Part shown: positions 20,081-29,640 of the stretch, piece by piece
How the letters are laid out: each line of letters opens with the position of its first letter
How positions within the stretch are numbered: position 1 is the stretch's first letter
DNA from: an uncultured Gammaproteobacteria bacterium
Lineage (GTDB): Bacteria; Patescibacteriota; Microgenomatia; CAYFQP01
Assembly (NCBI GenBank): GCA_964345375.1
Contig: CAYFQP010000003.1
Span: forward strand, 8,875 to 72,874
Length of the DNA stretch: 64,000 bases
Direction of reading: 5' to 3'
Notes under the pieces: model-generated
Database searches by the model: none
What the model was told of the DNA's origin: nothing
The model's input: only the letters and a program-made list of their open reading frames with translations
Position numbers and translations under genes: made by a program

Positions 20081-21841
20081 TTACTTCTGAAGTTTATACA
20101 ACTTTTCTGCTTCCTTGAGGGTCGTCGCCTGAGAAGGCGACTTATCGTCCCGGAAACGGACTAGGCGAGGAAATCTTAAAGCATATTCAGCCGTATGGGT
20201 CGGAGATTTGGTAATATTATCTGCCTCGATTTCAACGACAATCTTGGGTGAACACCAAGTATCTGGAATCAAGTTTTTATCAACCTGATATTCTTTTGGT
20301 TTTTCTTTGGTCTTAACCTTCCCACATCTCTGATACATCTCTTTCCACTGCTCATCCGAAAGACCAGTCCCTATCTTAGAGATGGTTAAGAATTTATTTT
20401 TTTCTCTTACCCCAACTAAAAACGCTCCTAGCCCGAAAGCAGCTCTCTTACCTCTTCCTTTATAGTAACCCATAACGACACAATCTAAAGTGTCAGCCAA
20501 GCCTGCTCCTTTTTTACCCTTCTCTGTTTTAAATTTCACCCAGGTATAACCTCTTTTCCCTGGATCATAAGGAGCTTTCCATTTCTTGATCACCACTCCC
20601 TCAAGGCCTTTTTTCAATTGTTCGTCATGATATTTACGTAATTCGACTGGGCTCTCGGTGACAATCTGGGGTGAAAGAATGATCACCTTATTCTTTGAAG
20701 AAAGAATCTTGCCTAAAATCTCCCGTCTTTTATTAAAAGGCTCTTTAATCAAATCTTTACCATCCTTATACAAAATATCAAAGCAGAAGAATTTGAGAGG
20801 AATCTCTTTAGCCTTTTTGCCAATTTCGTACTTTCTTTTTCTTTTAATCGTCTCCTGAAAAGGTAAGAACTTGCCTGTTTTCGGGTCATAGCCAATTGCC
20901 TCACAGTCTAAAATTGCTTCTTGGGCCTTAACCTCCTTAAAAACTGCTTGGGCTAAATCCGGAAACATGTGGGTCGTATTTTCTAGATTACGGGTAAAGG
21001 TCCGGACAAAACCTTTAGGCCGAAAACCAAGCTCAAGCTGGTCCTCTCTTTCTTCCCATTTTCTTTTTTTACTAAAATGAACCTGGAGTCGGGTACCATC
21101 AAATTTAGGTTCAGCTCCTACTTTACCCATCTTTTTAATCATTTCCTCAGCTGTTGGTAGCCGTTGACAAAGAGCCGGCATAATCGGCACACCTAAACCA
21201 ACCTTGATTCCTTTGAGTCCTCTGATTCCTTTCTTTTTAATAATCTGGGCAATCTGACCAACATCAGCCCGAGCGTTGAAAGCCTCTTCAATTTCTCCTC
21301 TTTTACTCTTATCACCAGCAATCATCCAAGAAAGAGCGTCGAGAATGGTTAGGTCCGAGAAACCTAGTCTTAATTTGCCCAATGGAACTCGGGTGACGTA
21401 TCTTGCCGAGAGAGAATCCAAATCATCCAGAAGGGCCTTCATTTTCTCAATCTTTCTTTCTACTGAACCCTCACCTGATTCAGCCGCGATTTCATAAAGC
21501 CGCTTGTAAGTTTGGCTCACACTCATCGGTTTAGCCTTTGCTTTTTTGTCAAAAAAGGCAGCGGCGTCACCTAAGTCACCCAGGCTTTTATACTTTTTTC
21601 TAATTTCTTTTTCCTCTTTTCCATAAGCCTGGGCAAGAACCTTAATCATCATTTTTTCGGCCAAGTTAAACTCAATCCCCGCATAAAGAGGCGCCAATTG
21701 ACCCAGAGAAAGATAGCAAATTTTATCTATTTCATCAGCACCAGACTCTTTTAACAACTGGGCTAAAATCTCGGTCATTTTATTCCGAGAGGCAGTTTCT
21801 TCGAGTTTCTGGAAGTAATTAGCTAGTTTTTGAAAGGTCAT
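20081..21841 (-). CDS. lig: ATP-dependent DNA ligase
   Basis: KFDGTRLQVH (KxDG adenylation motif), EGVVIK. Confidence 0.85.
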   Translation of the reverse strand: MTFQKLANYFQKLEETASRNKMTEILAQLLKESGADEIDKICYLSLGQLAPLYAGIEFNLAEKMMIKVLAQAYGKEEKEIRKKYKSLGDLGDAAAFFDKKAKAKPMSVSQTYKRLYEIAAESGEGSVERKIEKMKALLDDLDSLSARYVTRVPLGKLRLGFSDLTILDALSWMIAGDKSKRGEIEEAFNARADVGQIAQIIKKKGIRGLKGIKVGLGVPIMPALCQRLPTAEEMIKKMGKVGAEPKFDGTRLQVHFSKKRKWEEREDQLELGFRPKGFVRTFTRNLENTTHMFPDLAQAVFKEVKAQEAILDCEAIGYDPKTGKFLPFQETIKRKRKYEIGKKAKEIPLKFFCFDILYKDGKDLIKEPFNKRREILGKILSSKNKVIILSPQIVTESPVELRKYHDEQLKKGLEGVVIKKWKAPYDPGKRGYTWVKFKTEKGKKGAGLADTLDCVVMGYYKGRGKRAAFGLGAFLVGVREKNKFLTISKIGTGLSDEQWKEMYQRCGKVKTKEKPKEYQVDKNLIPDTWCSPKIVVEIEADNITKSPTHTAEYALRFPRLVRFRDDKSPSQATTLKEAEKLYKLQK

Positions 21842-21844
21842 TGT

Positions 21845-22042
21845 TCAACCTCCAAGGACCTGAGAAAAGAAAAAAAAGGCAAAAATAACTACACCAATAA
21901 AAAGAACCCCAAAAAGAATTGAAAGCCAGCCAGCCGTTTCATTCTTAAGAACTTTATTTAACCCCTCACCGACTAAGGTCAGACCAAAAAGAGTTGGTAA
22001 AACTAAAATCATATATAAAAATTGAGGGTCTGTTGGTCTCAC
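21845..22042 (-). CDS. hypothetical small membrane protein
   Basis: 65 aa, two TM helices, couples ligase and Fic ORFs by 4-nt overlaps. Confidence 0.35.
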   Translation of the reverse strand: MRPTDPQFLYMILVLPTLFGLTLVGEGLNKVLKNETAGWLSILFGVLFIGVVIFAFFFFSQVLGG

Positions 22043-23091
22043 TTCATTAAATACTTCGCTGCCTTGGTTTTGCCTTCTTTCTTCACTATACCCTTTTTAA
22101 TTAGGTCTTTCAAATCCCTTAAAATCGTGTCATCAGAGACCATGGATAGGACTTTTCTTGCCTCTGAAGTGGTGATCTCTTGATTCTCTTCAAGATATTC
22201 AACCAGTCTCATTTGCCTTTCTGATAAAGCTACTTGTTTACCAATCCTTCTTCTTAATTTAGAGTCAACCGACAATTTCCTCACTCTTTCCTTAATCCGA
22301 TTAAGCTCAATGGCAAGGATATCAGTAAAATATTCTAACCAGCCAGTAAGATCTCTTTTATCCAAGTCCGAACCCTGACTCGAAGTGGCGATCAAAGCCC
22401 CAAAATAAGAAGCTGAGTCTTTGTCAAAGTTTTCCTCTAAAGAAAAAAACCTCTTAATATCAAATCCTTCTAGAAAGAGAATTAAAGTGGCAAAGGCTCG
22501 AGCTGTCCGGCCATTGCCTTCAACAAAAGGATGAATAGCTACCAAAATATAATGAGCAATTCCTGCTCGTAAAACCGGATGAAGTTCTTTTGCCTTTGAA
22601 TCATTAAGCCAGGTTAGAAAATCTTTAATTAGGTAAGGCACCTCAACCGCTGGTGGCGGCCGAAAGGCGATCTCCCCAGTCTGACTGTTTCTTAAAACAA
22701 CTTGGCTCTGGCGGTATTTCCCTTGATTTTTCTTCTCAACGATCCGGGCACAAGTCAGATGGTGAATCTTTTTTAGTTGTTCTTCTGTATATTTCTTCCC
22801 TTTCAAACTACCAATGTATTTCATCACCTGGCGATAATTAATTATCTCTTGAATGTCTCGATCCTTAGCCAGGATTTTCTCTCCTTCGAGAACTTTAACT
22901 GCTTCCTGAAAAGAAAGTTCATTGCCCTCTAAATGAGTTCCATAATGGACTGTTCTTTGAATCGCCTCCTCCCGAAACTTCTTTTCCCAATAAGGCACCA
23001 AAGGAGCGTTATCGATCACTTCTCGACAGGCTTCAACAATGCCAATATTCCTGAGGATTTTATTGGTAATTCTGAATTTAGGTTGATACAC
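22039..23091 (-). CDS. Fic family protein (class II, N-terminal inhibitory helix, C-terminal wHTH)
   Basis: HPFVEGNGRTARAF Fic motif; THLEGNE matches [ST]xxxE[GN] inhibitory motif. Confidence 0.85.
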   Translation of the reverse strand: MYQPKFRITNKILRNIGIVEACREVIDNAPLVPYWEKKFREEAIQRTVHYGTHLEGNELSFQEAVKVLEGEKILAKDRDIQEIINYRQVMKYIGSLKGKKYTEEQLKKIHHLTCARIVEKKNQGKYRQSQVVLRNSQTGEIAFRPPPAVEVPYLIKDFLTWLNDSKAKELHPVLRAGIAHYILVAIHPFVEGNGRTARAFATLILFLEGFDIKRFFSLEENFDKDSASYFGALIATSSQGSDLDKRDLTGWLEYFTDILAIELNRIKERVRKLSVDSKLRRRIGKQVALSERQMRLVEYLEENQEITTSEARKVLSMVSDDTILRDLKDLIKKGIVKKEGKTKAAKYLMK

Positions 23092-23178
23092 AACCTAATT
23101 CTCGCATTTTTTGCGGGAAAAAACAAGGAGAATTTATCGCCAGCATTTTAAAAAAATTAGAAGATTTAGCAACCGGTG

Positions 23179-23616
23179 TTACGACCTATTCGTCTCCAAT
23201 TCTAAAACCTTTTCTTTTTCCTTAAAAATCACTTCTTTGAATTTATCAAAAAATCCATTTCTTCCAAGAAGTGGCACTTCATGATCATAGGAGAAATCAA
23301 CCTGAGACTTAAAACTTAAAGTATCTATATGGAGTGTCACGTTGTGGGTAAAACCTTTTATTTTGATTCCACCTATACCTAATATTACTTTGGGGTTCCC
23401 TTTTTTGATTTTAATCCTTAACTGCTCTCCGTAAAAGGCGGGAAACAAATTTCTTTCCGCCCCTGAGTCAACCAAACAAAATATTGGATTTCGGGAAAGC
23501 TGATGCCTATAAACCAACCTCACAGGAATGAAGGGGTAATGGACTTGGCCAATAATCTCTCCGGTTTTTGGATCTTTCTTGGGAATAGGCAAGTAAGGAA
23601 AAACTAGTGAGGCCAT
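23179..23616 (-). CDS. retropepsin-like (clan AA) aspartic protease
   Basis: CLVDSGAERN catalytic D[ST]GA motif, ILGIGG flap-like motif. Confidence 0.6.
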   Translation of the reverse strand: MASLVFPYLPIPKKDPKTGEIIGQVHYPFIPVRLVYRHQLSRNPIFCLVDSGAERNLFPAFYGEQLRIKIKKGNPKVILGIGGIKIKGFTHNVTLHIDTLSFKSQVDFSYDHEVPLLGRNGFFDKFKEVIFKEKEKVLELETNRS

Positions 23617-23849
23617 TAAGGTGAAAATACCTGATCAAAGGGTAAAACTTTTGTAAGAATAGCTTCCCTGTCTTTAAGTTTAGATAATTTCTTATCCAAT
23701 TTCTCGATTGTTGTCCCAGAAGCAATCACTGTTCTTCTATCAGGAGTCAACGCCACCCATTTATTTTCAAACGGAATTAGTGGATTAACGATTTTTTTTC
23801 TTTTTGCCATTGGTTTTTCAATTATAGCACTAAAGAGGGGGTGTTTCAA
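23616..23849 (-). CDS. hypothetical small protein, translationally coupled to retropepsin-like protease
   Basis: 77 aa (alt start MAKRKK); ENKWVALTPDRRTVIASGTTIE. Confidence 0.35.
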   Translation of the reverse strand: MKHPLFSAIIEKPMAKRKKIVNPLIPFENKWVALTPDRRTVIASGTTIEKLDKKLSKLKDREAILTKVLPFDQVFSP

Positions 23850-23876
23850 AGATTTTTTAAAATTAAAGCCCTTTGT

Positions 23877-24719
23877 TTATTTCCAAAAACTGCCTAAAAT
23901 GCGAGGAATTTCTTCGGCTAAGTCATCAGCATTATAGCTAAAACCAACCTTTTGATGAAGTCTTTCAGCTGCTTTCTTGGTTAAATAGGCACCAGCACAG
24001 GCAGCCAGAAAAGGTGGGTTTTTAGCAACAAAGGCAGTGATTAAACCAGCTAAAACATCGCCTGTGCCGCCTTTAGTCATCCCAGGATTACCACCTTTAA
24101 TAACCATTGATTCTCTGGCCGAACAAACCAAAGTCTCGATATTTTTGGCAACAATAATGCACTTAAACTTTTTTGCCATTTGGGGAATAGTTTTTGAACT
24201 TGCGTTAATCCCAAAAAGCATTTCAAATTCTCTTTCATTAGGAGTTAAAATTGCTCTCTCTGAAATAAATTTTGCCTCCATCACCTGTAAACTACCCGCG
24301 TCAATCACCCATTGTTTTTTAGGAAACCTTTTAAGGAATGACTCAGTAATTTTCTTGCTCTCTTGACCCACACTATGGTCTTGTTCCTTTCCCTCTTTTC
24401 GATATCTCATCAACCCTGGACCGATGAGGATGGCATCAGATTTCCTAATATATTCCTCTACTTCCTCAAAGGGCACCCAGATAAAAGAGTTAAGTTTACT
24501 TTTGATCTTTTCAGCCACTTTTCCAACTGAAGAGTCAGGTGAAGTGAAAAAAACCATGTCGACTATTCTTGAAGCCACTTTTAAACTAAGAATTGGCGCT
24601 CCGTGGAATAATTTTGAACCACCAATAATTACTATCTGACCATTATCTGCTTTCTTTGAATCTTCTTGGGGTTTAGCAAGTCTTTTTAAGTCCTCCTCTT
24701 TAAACTCTCTCATCCTCAT
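23877..24719 (-). CDS. nnr: ADP-dependent NAD(P)H-hydrate dehydratase (YjeF C-terminal / Nnr2)
   Basis: IVIIGGSKLFHGAPILS, GGNPGMTKGGTGDVLAG. Confidence 0.8.
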   Translation of the reverse strand: MRMREFKEEDLKRLAKPQEDSKKADNGQIVIIGGSKLFHGAPILSLKVASRIVDMVFFTSPDSSVGKVAEKIKSKLNSFIWVPFEEVEEYIRKSDAILIGPGLMRYRKEGKEQDHSVGQESKKITESFLKRFPKKQWVIDAGSLQVMEAKFISERAILTPNEREFEMLFGINASSKTIPQMAKKFKCIIVAKNIETLVCSARESMVIKGGNPGMTKGGTGDVLAGLITAFVAKNPPFLAACAGAYLTKKAAERLHQKVGFSYNADDLAEEIPRILGSFWK

Positions 24720-24756
24720 GCTATCATTATATCGAGTTAAGCTTAATAATACAAAG

Positions 24757-25032
24757 ATGAAGCCAGTCGAAAAAACTAAAAAAGAAATCAGGAAATACCG
24801 CTTGGCAATTGTTAAACAAATGCTTCAATTGGCGACGGCTGGTTTTGGCTTAGTCGCCGCCCTTGCCTGGAATGAACTCATCCAGGCTTTTATTGAAGAA
24901 TATATCAAACCTCGCGTAGGAGTTGGCTCAGGAATTATCTCTCTCGCTCTCTACGCCTTGCTTGTCACCGCTCTAGCTGTTTTTGTCACTCTTCAACTCA
25001 GTAAGTTAGCCGAGAAATTAGAAAAGGATTAA
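24757..25032 (+). CDS. hypothetical small membrane protein
   Basis: Two TM helices; start set at MKPVEK. Confidence 0.4.
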   Translation: MKPVEKTKKEIRKYRLAIVKQMLQLATAGFGLVAALAWNELIQAFIEEYIKPRVGVGSGIISLALYALLVTALAVFVTLQLSKLAEKLEKD

Positions 25033-25034
25033 AA

Positions 25035-26081
25035 CTATTTCAACTCAATTTTCTTCACTTTCTTTCTATAAGCTGGTTCAACCAAGTGAATATCAGTAGT
25101 AGTAATAATCGTCTGTTGTTTGGGAATAACTTCTAAAAGTCTTTTTCTTCGTTCGTGATCAAGTTCTGAGAAAATATCATCAAGAAGTAAAACTGGTCTT
25201 TCTCCTGTTTTTTCAGCGACGTACTCAAGCTCGGCTAATTTTAAACTAAAGACCGCGGTTCTCTGCTCGCCTCTTGAGCCAAAGGTGTGAAGGTTTCTTT
25301 TCTTCGTCATCACTTTGAAGTCGTCTCGATGAGGCCCAACTAAAGTCATTCCCGCCGCTATCTCTTCCTCAGTATATTTTTCTAATCTTGCTGGAGAAAT
25401 AATGCTCTTATCATAAACTAGGTTCAAATCACCAAAATAATCTGGTTGCTGATTGATAAACTCAATAAATTCCTCTCTCTTCCGGCTAATAATTTCCCCA
25501 TTTTCAAGTAAGAGCTTGTTCCAGAAAAAAAGGACTGATCTTGGCTTACCTTGGTCTCTAATCTGCTCTAATAATTTATTTCTCTGCCTTAAACCTTTTT
25601 GGTAAGAAAGATTAGCCCGGCGATATTCCCGATCAATCTGCTCTAAAACACTATCTAAATAATCTCTCCGGGTTGAAGGGCTGTCAACAACAATCCCTAA
25701 ATCTTCGGGGCCAAACAAGACACAAGCCAGCTTGCCAACAAAATCCATCATCCGTTTACTCACCTTATTGACAAAGTATTTCTTTTTGGCTACTTTCTTC
25801 CCTCTCACCTGGCCAGGAGTCAAAACAATTTCTAAATTTTCTAGACCTTCTTGGCTCTTAATCTTCCCTCCAGCCCTGGCAATCTCCTTACCATAAGTAA
25901 TCATTTCTTTTTCCACGCCTGCCCGGAAACTTTTACCAGTAGCGAGAAGATAGATTGCTTCTAATAAATTGGTTTTCCCTGAAGTATTCGGACCAATCAA
26001 TAAAGTGGTTCCTAAAGCAAACTTAAACTCTTGCTTGGAATAATTTCGGAAATTCTGAAGTTGAAGAGAGTTTATGGTCAC
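25035..26081 (-). CDS. recF: DNA replication and repair protein RecF
   Basis: LQLQNFRNY, GPNTSGKTNLLEAI Walker A, LLLDDIFSELD. Confidence 0.9.
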   Translation of the reverse strand: MTINSLQLQNFRNYSKQEFKFALGTTLLIGPNTSGKTNLLEAIYLLATGKSFRAGVEKEMITYGKEIARAGGKIKSQEGLENLEIVLTPGQVRGKKVAKKKYFVNKVSKRMMDFVGKLACVLFGPEDLGIVVDSPSTRRDYLDSVLEQIDREYRRANLSYQKGLRQRNKLLEQIRDQGKPRSVLFFWNKLLLENGEIISRKREEFIEFINQQPDYFGDLNLVYDKSIISPARLEKYTEEEIAAGMTLVGPHRDDFKVMTKKRNLHTFGSRGEQRTAVFSLKLAELEYVAEKTGERPVLLLDDIFSELDHERRKRLLEVIPKQQTIITTTDIHLVEPAYRKKVKKIELK

Positions 26082-26104
26082 TGCCTAATTATATCAGGCT
26101 AAGG

Positions 26105-26920
26105 CTATTTTTGACAGCTCGGACAATAGAAGGTGCCCCGACCACCAAGTTTAATTTTCCTAATTTTTCCTTGACAATCGAGACAGGCCTTGCCTTCTCT
26201 CTGATAAACTAAAAAATGGTCTTGATAGGAGCCTTTTCTGCCCAAGGCATCAAGATAGTACTGATCAGAAGCGCCCCGATATTTAATGCCTGCTTTAAGA
26301 ACTTTTTCGATCTTTTCAAGAAGCTTCTTTGCCTCTTTTTTTGTTACCTTCTTAGCCGGTCGGCGAGGGTCAATTTTGGCTAAAAATAAGGCGTCATTAG
26401 CATAAATATTGCCCAGACCAGCAATCTTCTTCTGATCCATTAAAACAATCTTGATTGGTCGACTGGTTGAACCCAGAATCTTTTTAAAGGTCTTTAAATC
26501 AAGACCCTCTAAAGGCTCAGGACCAAATTCAGAAACAAGCTTTTTCAGTTCTTTACTATCTTTAATCAATCTTACCCAGCCAAATTTCCTTAGATCAGCA
26601 AAGCGGAGTTCTTTATTATCACTTAAGGTAATGGTTACATGCTGCCAATCATCTTTAGGAGCACCTTTTTTTCTGACCAAAAGGCGACCAGTAAGTTTAA
26701 GATGAATAACTAAAATCTGATTATTGGAAAGAAAAAGTTGAAGCAATTTCGCTCTTCTCTCTATTTTCTTAATCATTATTCCGACGATTGCCTTTTTAAC
26801 TTTAGCTAGTGAAGGTTTCACTTGTTTGGGAGAATCAGTCGTAATATCTAGAATCTTCTTGCTAACAATTAGTCTTGAAAGGTCTTTCTTGATTGTCTCT
26901 ACTTCTGGTAGCTCAGGCAT
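26105..26920 (-). CDS. mutM: formamidopyrimidine-DNA glycosylase
   Basis: MPELPEVE N-terminus, C-terminal zinc finger CxxC-x16-CPSC. Confidence 0.9.
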   Translation of the reverse strand: MPELPEVETIKKDLSRLIVSKKILDITTDSPKQVKPSLAKVKKAIVGIMIKKIERRAKLLQLFLSNNQILVIHLKLTGRLLVRKKGAPKDDWQHVTITLSDNKELRFADLRKFGWVRLIKDSKELKKLVSEFGPEPLEGLDLKTFKKILGSTSRPIKIVLMDQKKIAGLGNIYANDALFLAKIDPRRPAKKVTKKEAKKLLEKIEKVLKAGIKYRGASDQYYLDALGRKGSYQDHFLVYQREGKACLDCQGKIRKIKLGGRGTFYCPSCQK

Positions 26921-28034
26921 TTTTCTTCACAAACTCTTTTATTTCCCTTTTAAATCTCTCTTTAGAAAACTTCTTTGCCTGTTTAAAACAATCTTCTTTT
27001 TTATATTTCTCAGGATTAAATTTTTTCAAGACCTTAACTAATGAATCAACTATTGGCTTATCAAAAAACTCACCTGTTTTCCCCTCAATAACTGACTCGA
27101 TTAATCCTCCTTGGCGCAGGGAAATTACTGGCCGGCCACAAGCCTGAACTTCAACTGGCATAATTCCAAAATCTTCTTCTAAATTACAAAAGATAAAAGC
27201 CTGACAGCCCCCCATTAATTCTGCTTTTTTCTCCTCGGTTACCTCTCCCAGAAAGTCGACTGTTGGCCCGGCCATCTTTTTTAATTCTTCTCCATAGCCA
27301 GCAAAAGCCCGGCCGAAAACTTTTAAAGGTAATTTTAGCTCATTACAGGCTTTGATGGCTAAATCAACCCTCCTTGCCCTGGCTAATCTTCCTCCCGCTA
27401 GATAATATTGAGATTGCCTAGTTGGATAATCTCCGAAGTTGGATCCTGTCTGAATCTCGGGAGTGTCAACAGGCGGATAAATAACAGTTGCTTCCTTACG
27501 ATAGAATTTCTTGATTCTTTGAGCCGTATTTCTTGAATTGGCAATAAAATAGTCAACTCTTTGAGCGGCTGAATAATCAACTGGCCGAAGAAAATGATTG
27601 ATTGTTTCTCCTAACACCCTTCCCCACCAGTGCTTACGCCATTCTCGAGCCGTTGGGTAGCCATAAAGATAACGAGGGGGTGTGTGACAATAACAAATAT
27701 GAGTTGTTTTAGGATTAGTTTTAATTAAATTAGGACAATAAGCACCGGTGGCGGAAACAATAACGACATCAAAATCCGAAAAATCAAAATTGTTAAAGAC
27801 GACTGGTGCTAGAAGTCGAAAAGGACTGATCAACTTAGCCTTAAAAGGAATCTTTTGTAACCAAGAGGGTTTTACTTTCCATTTTTTAAGTCTTTCTTTA
27901 TGGGGGCCAAAAAAACCAGGCAGATAGACTGAAGTATAGACTGGCGCCTCGGGCCAGATTTCATGGAGAGCTTCCAGAACTCTTTCCGCCCCTCCATACT
28001 CTTTTAAATAATCATGTACCAAAGCAATCTTCAT
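26913..28034 (-). CDS. GT4-family glycosyltransferase
   Basis: MKIALVHDYL start, GT-B fold with E-x7-E-like C-terminal half. Confidence 0.7.
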   Translation of the reverse strand: MKIALVHDYLKEYGGAERVLEALHEIWPEAPVYTSVYLPGFFGPHKERLKKWKVKPSWLQKIPFKAKLISPFRLLAPVVFNNFDFSDFDVVIVSATGAYCPNLIKTNPKTTHICYCHTPPRYLYGYPTAREWRKHWWGRVLGETINHFLRPVDYSAAQRVDYFIANSRNTAQRIKKFYRKEATVIYPPVDTPEIQTGSNFGDYPTRQSQYYLAGGRLARARRVDLAIKACNELKLPLKVFGRAFAGYGEELKKMAGPTVDFLGEVTEEKKAELMGGCQAFIFCNLEEDFGIMPVEVQACGRPVISLRQGGLIESVIEGKTGEFFDKPIVDSLVKVLKKFNPEKYKKEDCFKQAKKFSKERFKREIKEFVKKNA

Positions 28035-28077
28035 TTTCCTTAGTATAACAAAAGCCTGCAAAAACTTGACAAAAAAC

Positions 28078-28106
28078 TTGACTTCCTAGCCTCCTTGTGC
28101 TATAAT
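28078..28106 (+). promoter_or_regulatory. sigma70-type promoter TTGACT-17-TATAAT driving the hairpin-array ncRNA
   Basis: TTGACT 28078-28083, TATAAT 28101-28106, first hairpin begins at 28113. Confidence 0.7.
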
Positions 28107-28112
28107 CCCTTT

Positions 28113-28299
28113 TGCTGGTGGAGCAATCCATCAGCATTCTGGTCTTATCGCAAGATAAGACCACCAAGGCCTGCCCTCGGGCAGGCCACTAAGGAGAAAT
28201 CGCAAGATTTCTCCACCAAGCTCCGAGCTTGCTCGGAGCACCAAGTCCCGATAGCAATATCGGGACATCAAGGGCCTCCGCAAGGAGGCCCATTTTTTT
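28113..28299 (+). ncRNA. novel structured sRNA: seven consecutive stem-loops (four GCAA tetraloops) with ACCAA(G) linkers
   Basis: Hairpins at 28113-136, 141-162, 169-186, 193-214, 220-239, 245-266, 272-291 (stems 7-9 bp, all different sequences); T7 run after last hairpin. Confidence 0.6.
28272..28299 (+). terminator. rho-independent terminator of the ncRNA
   Basis: GGGCCTCCgcaaGGAGGCCC followed by TTTTTTT. Confidence 0.7.
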
Positions 28300-28311
28300 G
28301 TTTATTTTTAT

Positions 28312-29232
28312 CTAAAAAAGTTTTGTTTGAGAACCTGTTTTCTTCTTCTTGGGTTTAGACTTTTGATCCCCTTTTATTCTCTCAATTAAGCTTCTAAAAC
28401 CCAAAATTTTAAATTCTTTAATCGCGTTTTCTTTTTCTTCATCAGTCAAGATGAACTGGGCTTTTTTTAAGTCTAATTCAACTGGCACATCAGTAACAAT
28501 CCTCGCTAATTTCCGCGAAAGCTCGGCCATCTCGGCTCCTTCAACCAACTTCCTGGCTTGAGATTCAGGTAACTTATCTAGGTGTTTGTAGATCTTATCA
28601 ACTGTGCCATATTGCTCCAGAAGTTGGGCAGCTGTTTTTGGTCCTATTCCTGGTACACCCGGATAATTATCAGAAGGGTCGCCGACTAATCCTTTGTAGT
28701 CAATTATTTGTCTGGGTTTGATCCCCATCTTTTTCTTGACTTTTTTCTGATCAAATATCTGAGCCTCACTCATCCCTCTCACTGGTGCATAAATCTTAAC
28801 TCTTGGTCCAACCAATTGAAACATGTCTCGATCTCCAGTAACAATCATTGCCTCTAGTTTTCGCTTTGCCGCTTGTTTTGCCAAAGTACCAATAATGTCA
28901 TCAGCCTCATAACCTTCAATCGCAAAAAAAGGAATCCCTAGGGCTCTTAAAATCCGACGGACATTCTCTAACTGACTAGCTAGTTCTGTTTCCATCTTCG
29001 GTCTTTGGGCTTGATAACCCACAAATTCAGTGTGGCGAAAGGTTGGTTTAGGGGTATCAAAGGCAACAATCAAGTATTTTGGTTTTAAATCATCAATCAC
29101 CTTAAGGAGCATCGTCGTAAAGCCATAAACCGCATTGGTCAACTCACCTTTTTTATTTCTCATTGTCTGAGGTAAGGCATGATAAGCCCGATGAAGAATG
29201 GCGTGGCCATCAATAAGAACAAGACGTTTCAT
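28312..29232 (-). CDS. 5'-3' exonuclease (FEN / Pol I N-terminal domain family)
   Basis: LVLIDGHAILHRAYHALP, PIN-like and H3TH motifs (GIPGIGPKTA). Confidence 0.85.
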   Translation of the reverse strand: MKRLVLIDGHAILHRAYHALPQTMRNKKGELTNAVYGFTTMLLKVIDDLKPKYLIVAFDTPKPTFRHTEFVGYQAQRPKMETELASQLENVRRILRALGIPFFAIEGYEADDIIGTLAKQAAKRKLEAMIVTGDRDMFQLVGPRVKIYAPVRGMSEAQIFDQKKVKKKMGIKPRQIIDYKGLVGDPSDNYPGVPGIGPKTAAQLLEQYGTVDKIYKHLDKLPESQARKLVEGAEMAELSRKLARIVTDVPVELDLKKAQFILTDEEKENAIKEFKILGFRSLIERIKGDQKSKPKKKKTGSQTKLF

Positions 29233-29241
29233 GGAGTTATT

Positions 29242-29628
29242 TTACCAAGTTACTCTCATTGGTTTTCTCCTTCTATCAAATACATTAAATAATTGCTCTT
29301 TAACAAACTCTATTCCTTCAAGTTCTGTCTTAAGGCACAAGTTAGGTCCTTCTGTACAAGAAGGGAGTAACTCTTTCTCCTCTGTGGTATAAGACCCTGT
29401 AAACCCAAGCTTCCTTCTCAACCTCTTGAAGGCCTTTATTCCCTCGTTAGTTGGAACACTAGTATCGGGAAGAAAGATAATTTTCATTTTACCAGAATAT
29501 GGATCTTGACCAACAACTAGAATATCGAGTCTTGCCCTGTCTCCTTCTAGAACAGGCTTAATGACTTCTCGAAGATGGGCGAAAATTTTTTCAATACTTT
29601 CCTGATTCTTCGGTTCTTGCTCAATCAT
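29242..29628 (-). CDS. hypothetical small protein with UDG-like GQDPY motif
   Basis: LDILVVGQDPYSG resembles uracil-DNA glycosylase motif A, but protein is only 128 aa. Confidence 0.3.
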   Translation of the reverse strand: MIEQEPKNQESIEKIFAHLREVIKPVLEGDRARLDILVVGQDPYSGKMKIIFLPDTSVPTNEGIKAFKRLRRKLGFTGSYTTEEKELLPSCTEGPNLCLKTELEGIEFVKEQLFNVFDRRRKPMRVTW

Positions 29629-29640
29629 TCTTTAATTTTC

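Noticed and set aside
28095-28358. 87-aa ORF on the plus strand (MCYNPFCWW...)
   Set aside because: It starts inside the promoter and runs through seven GC hairpins and the terminator of the ncRNA; its composition is dictated by the stems, so it is not a plausible protein
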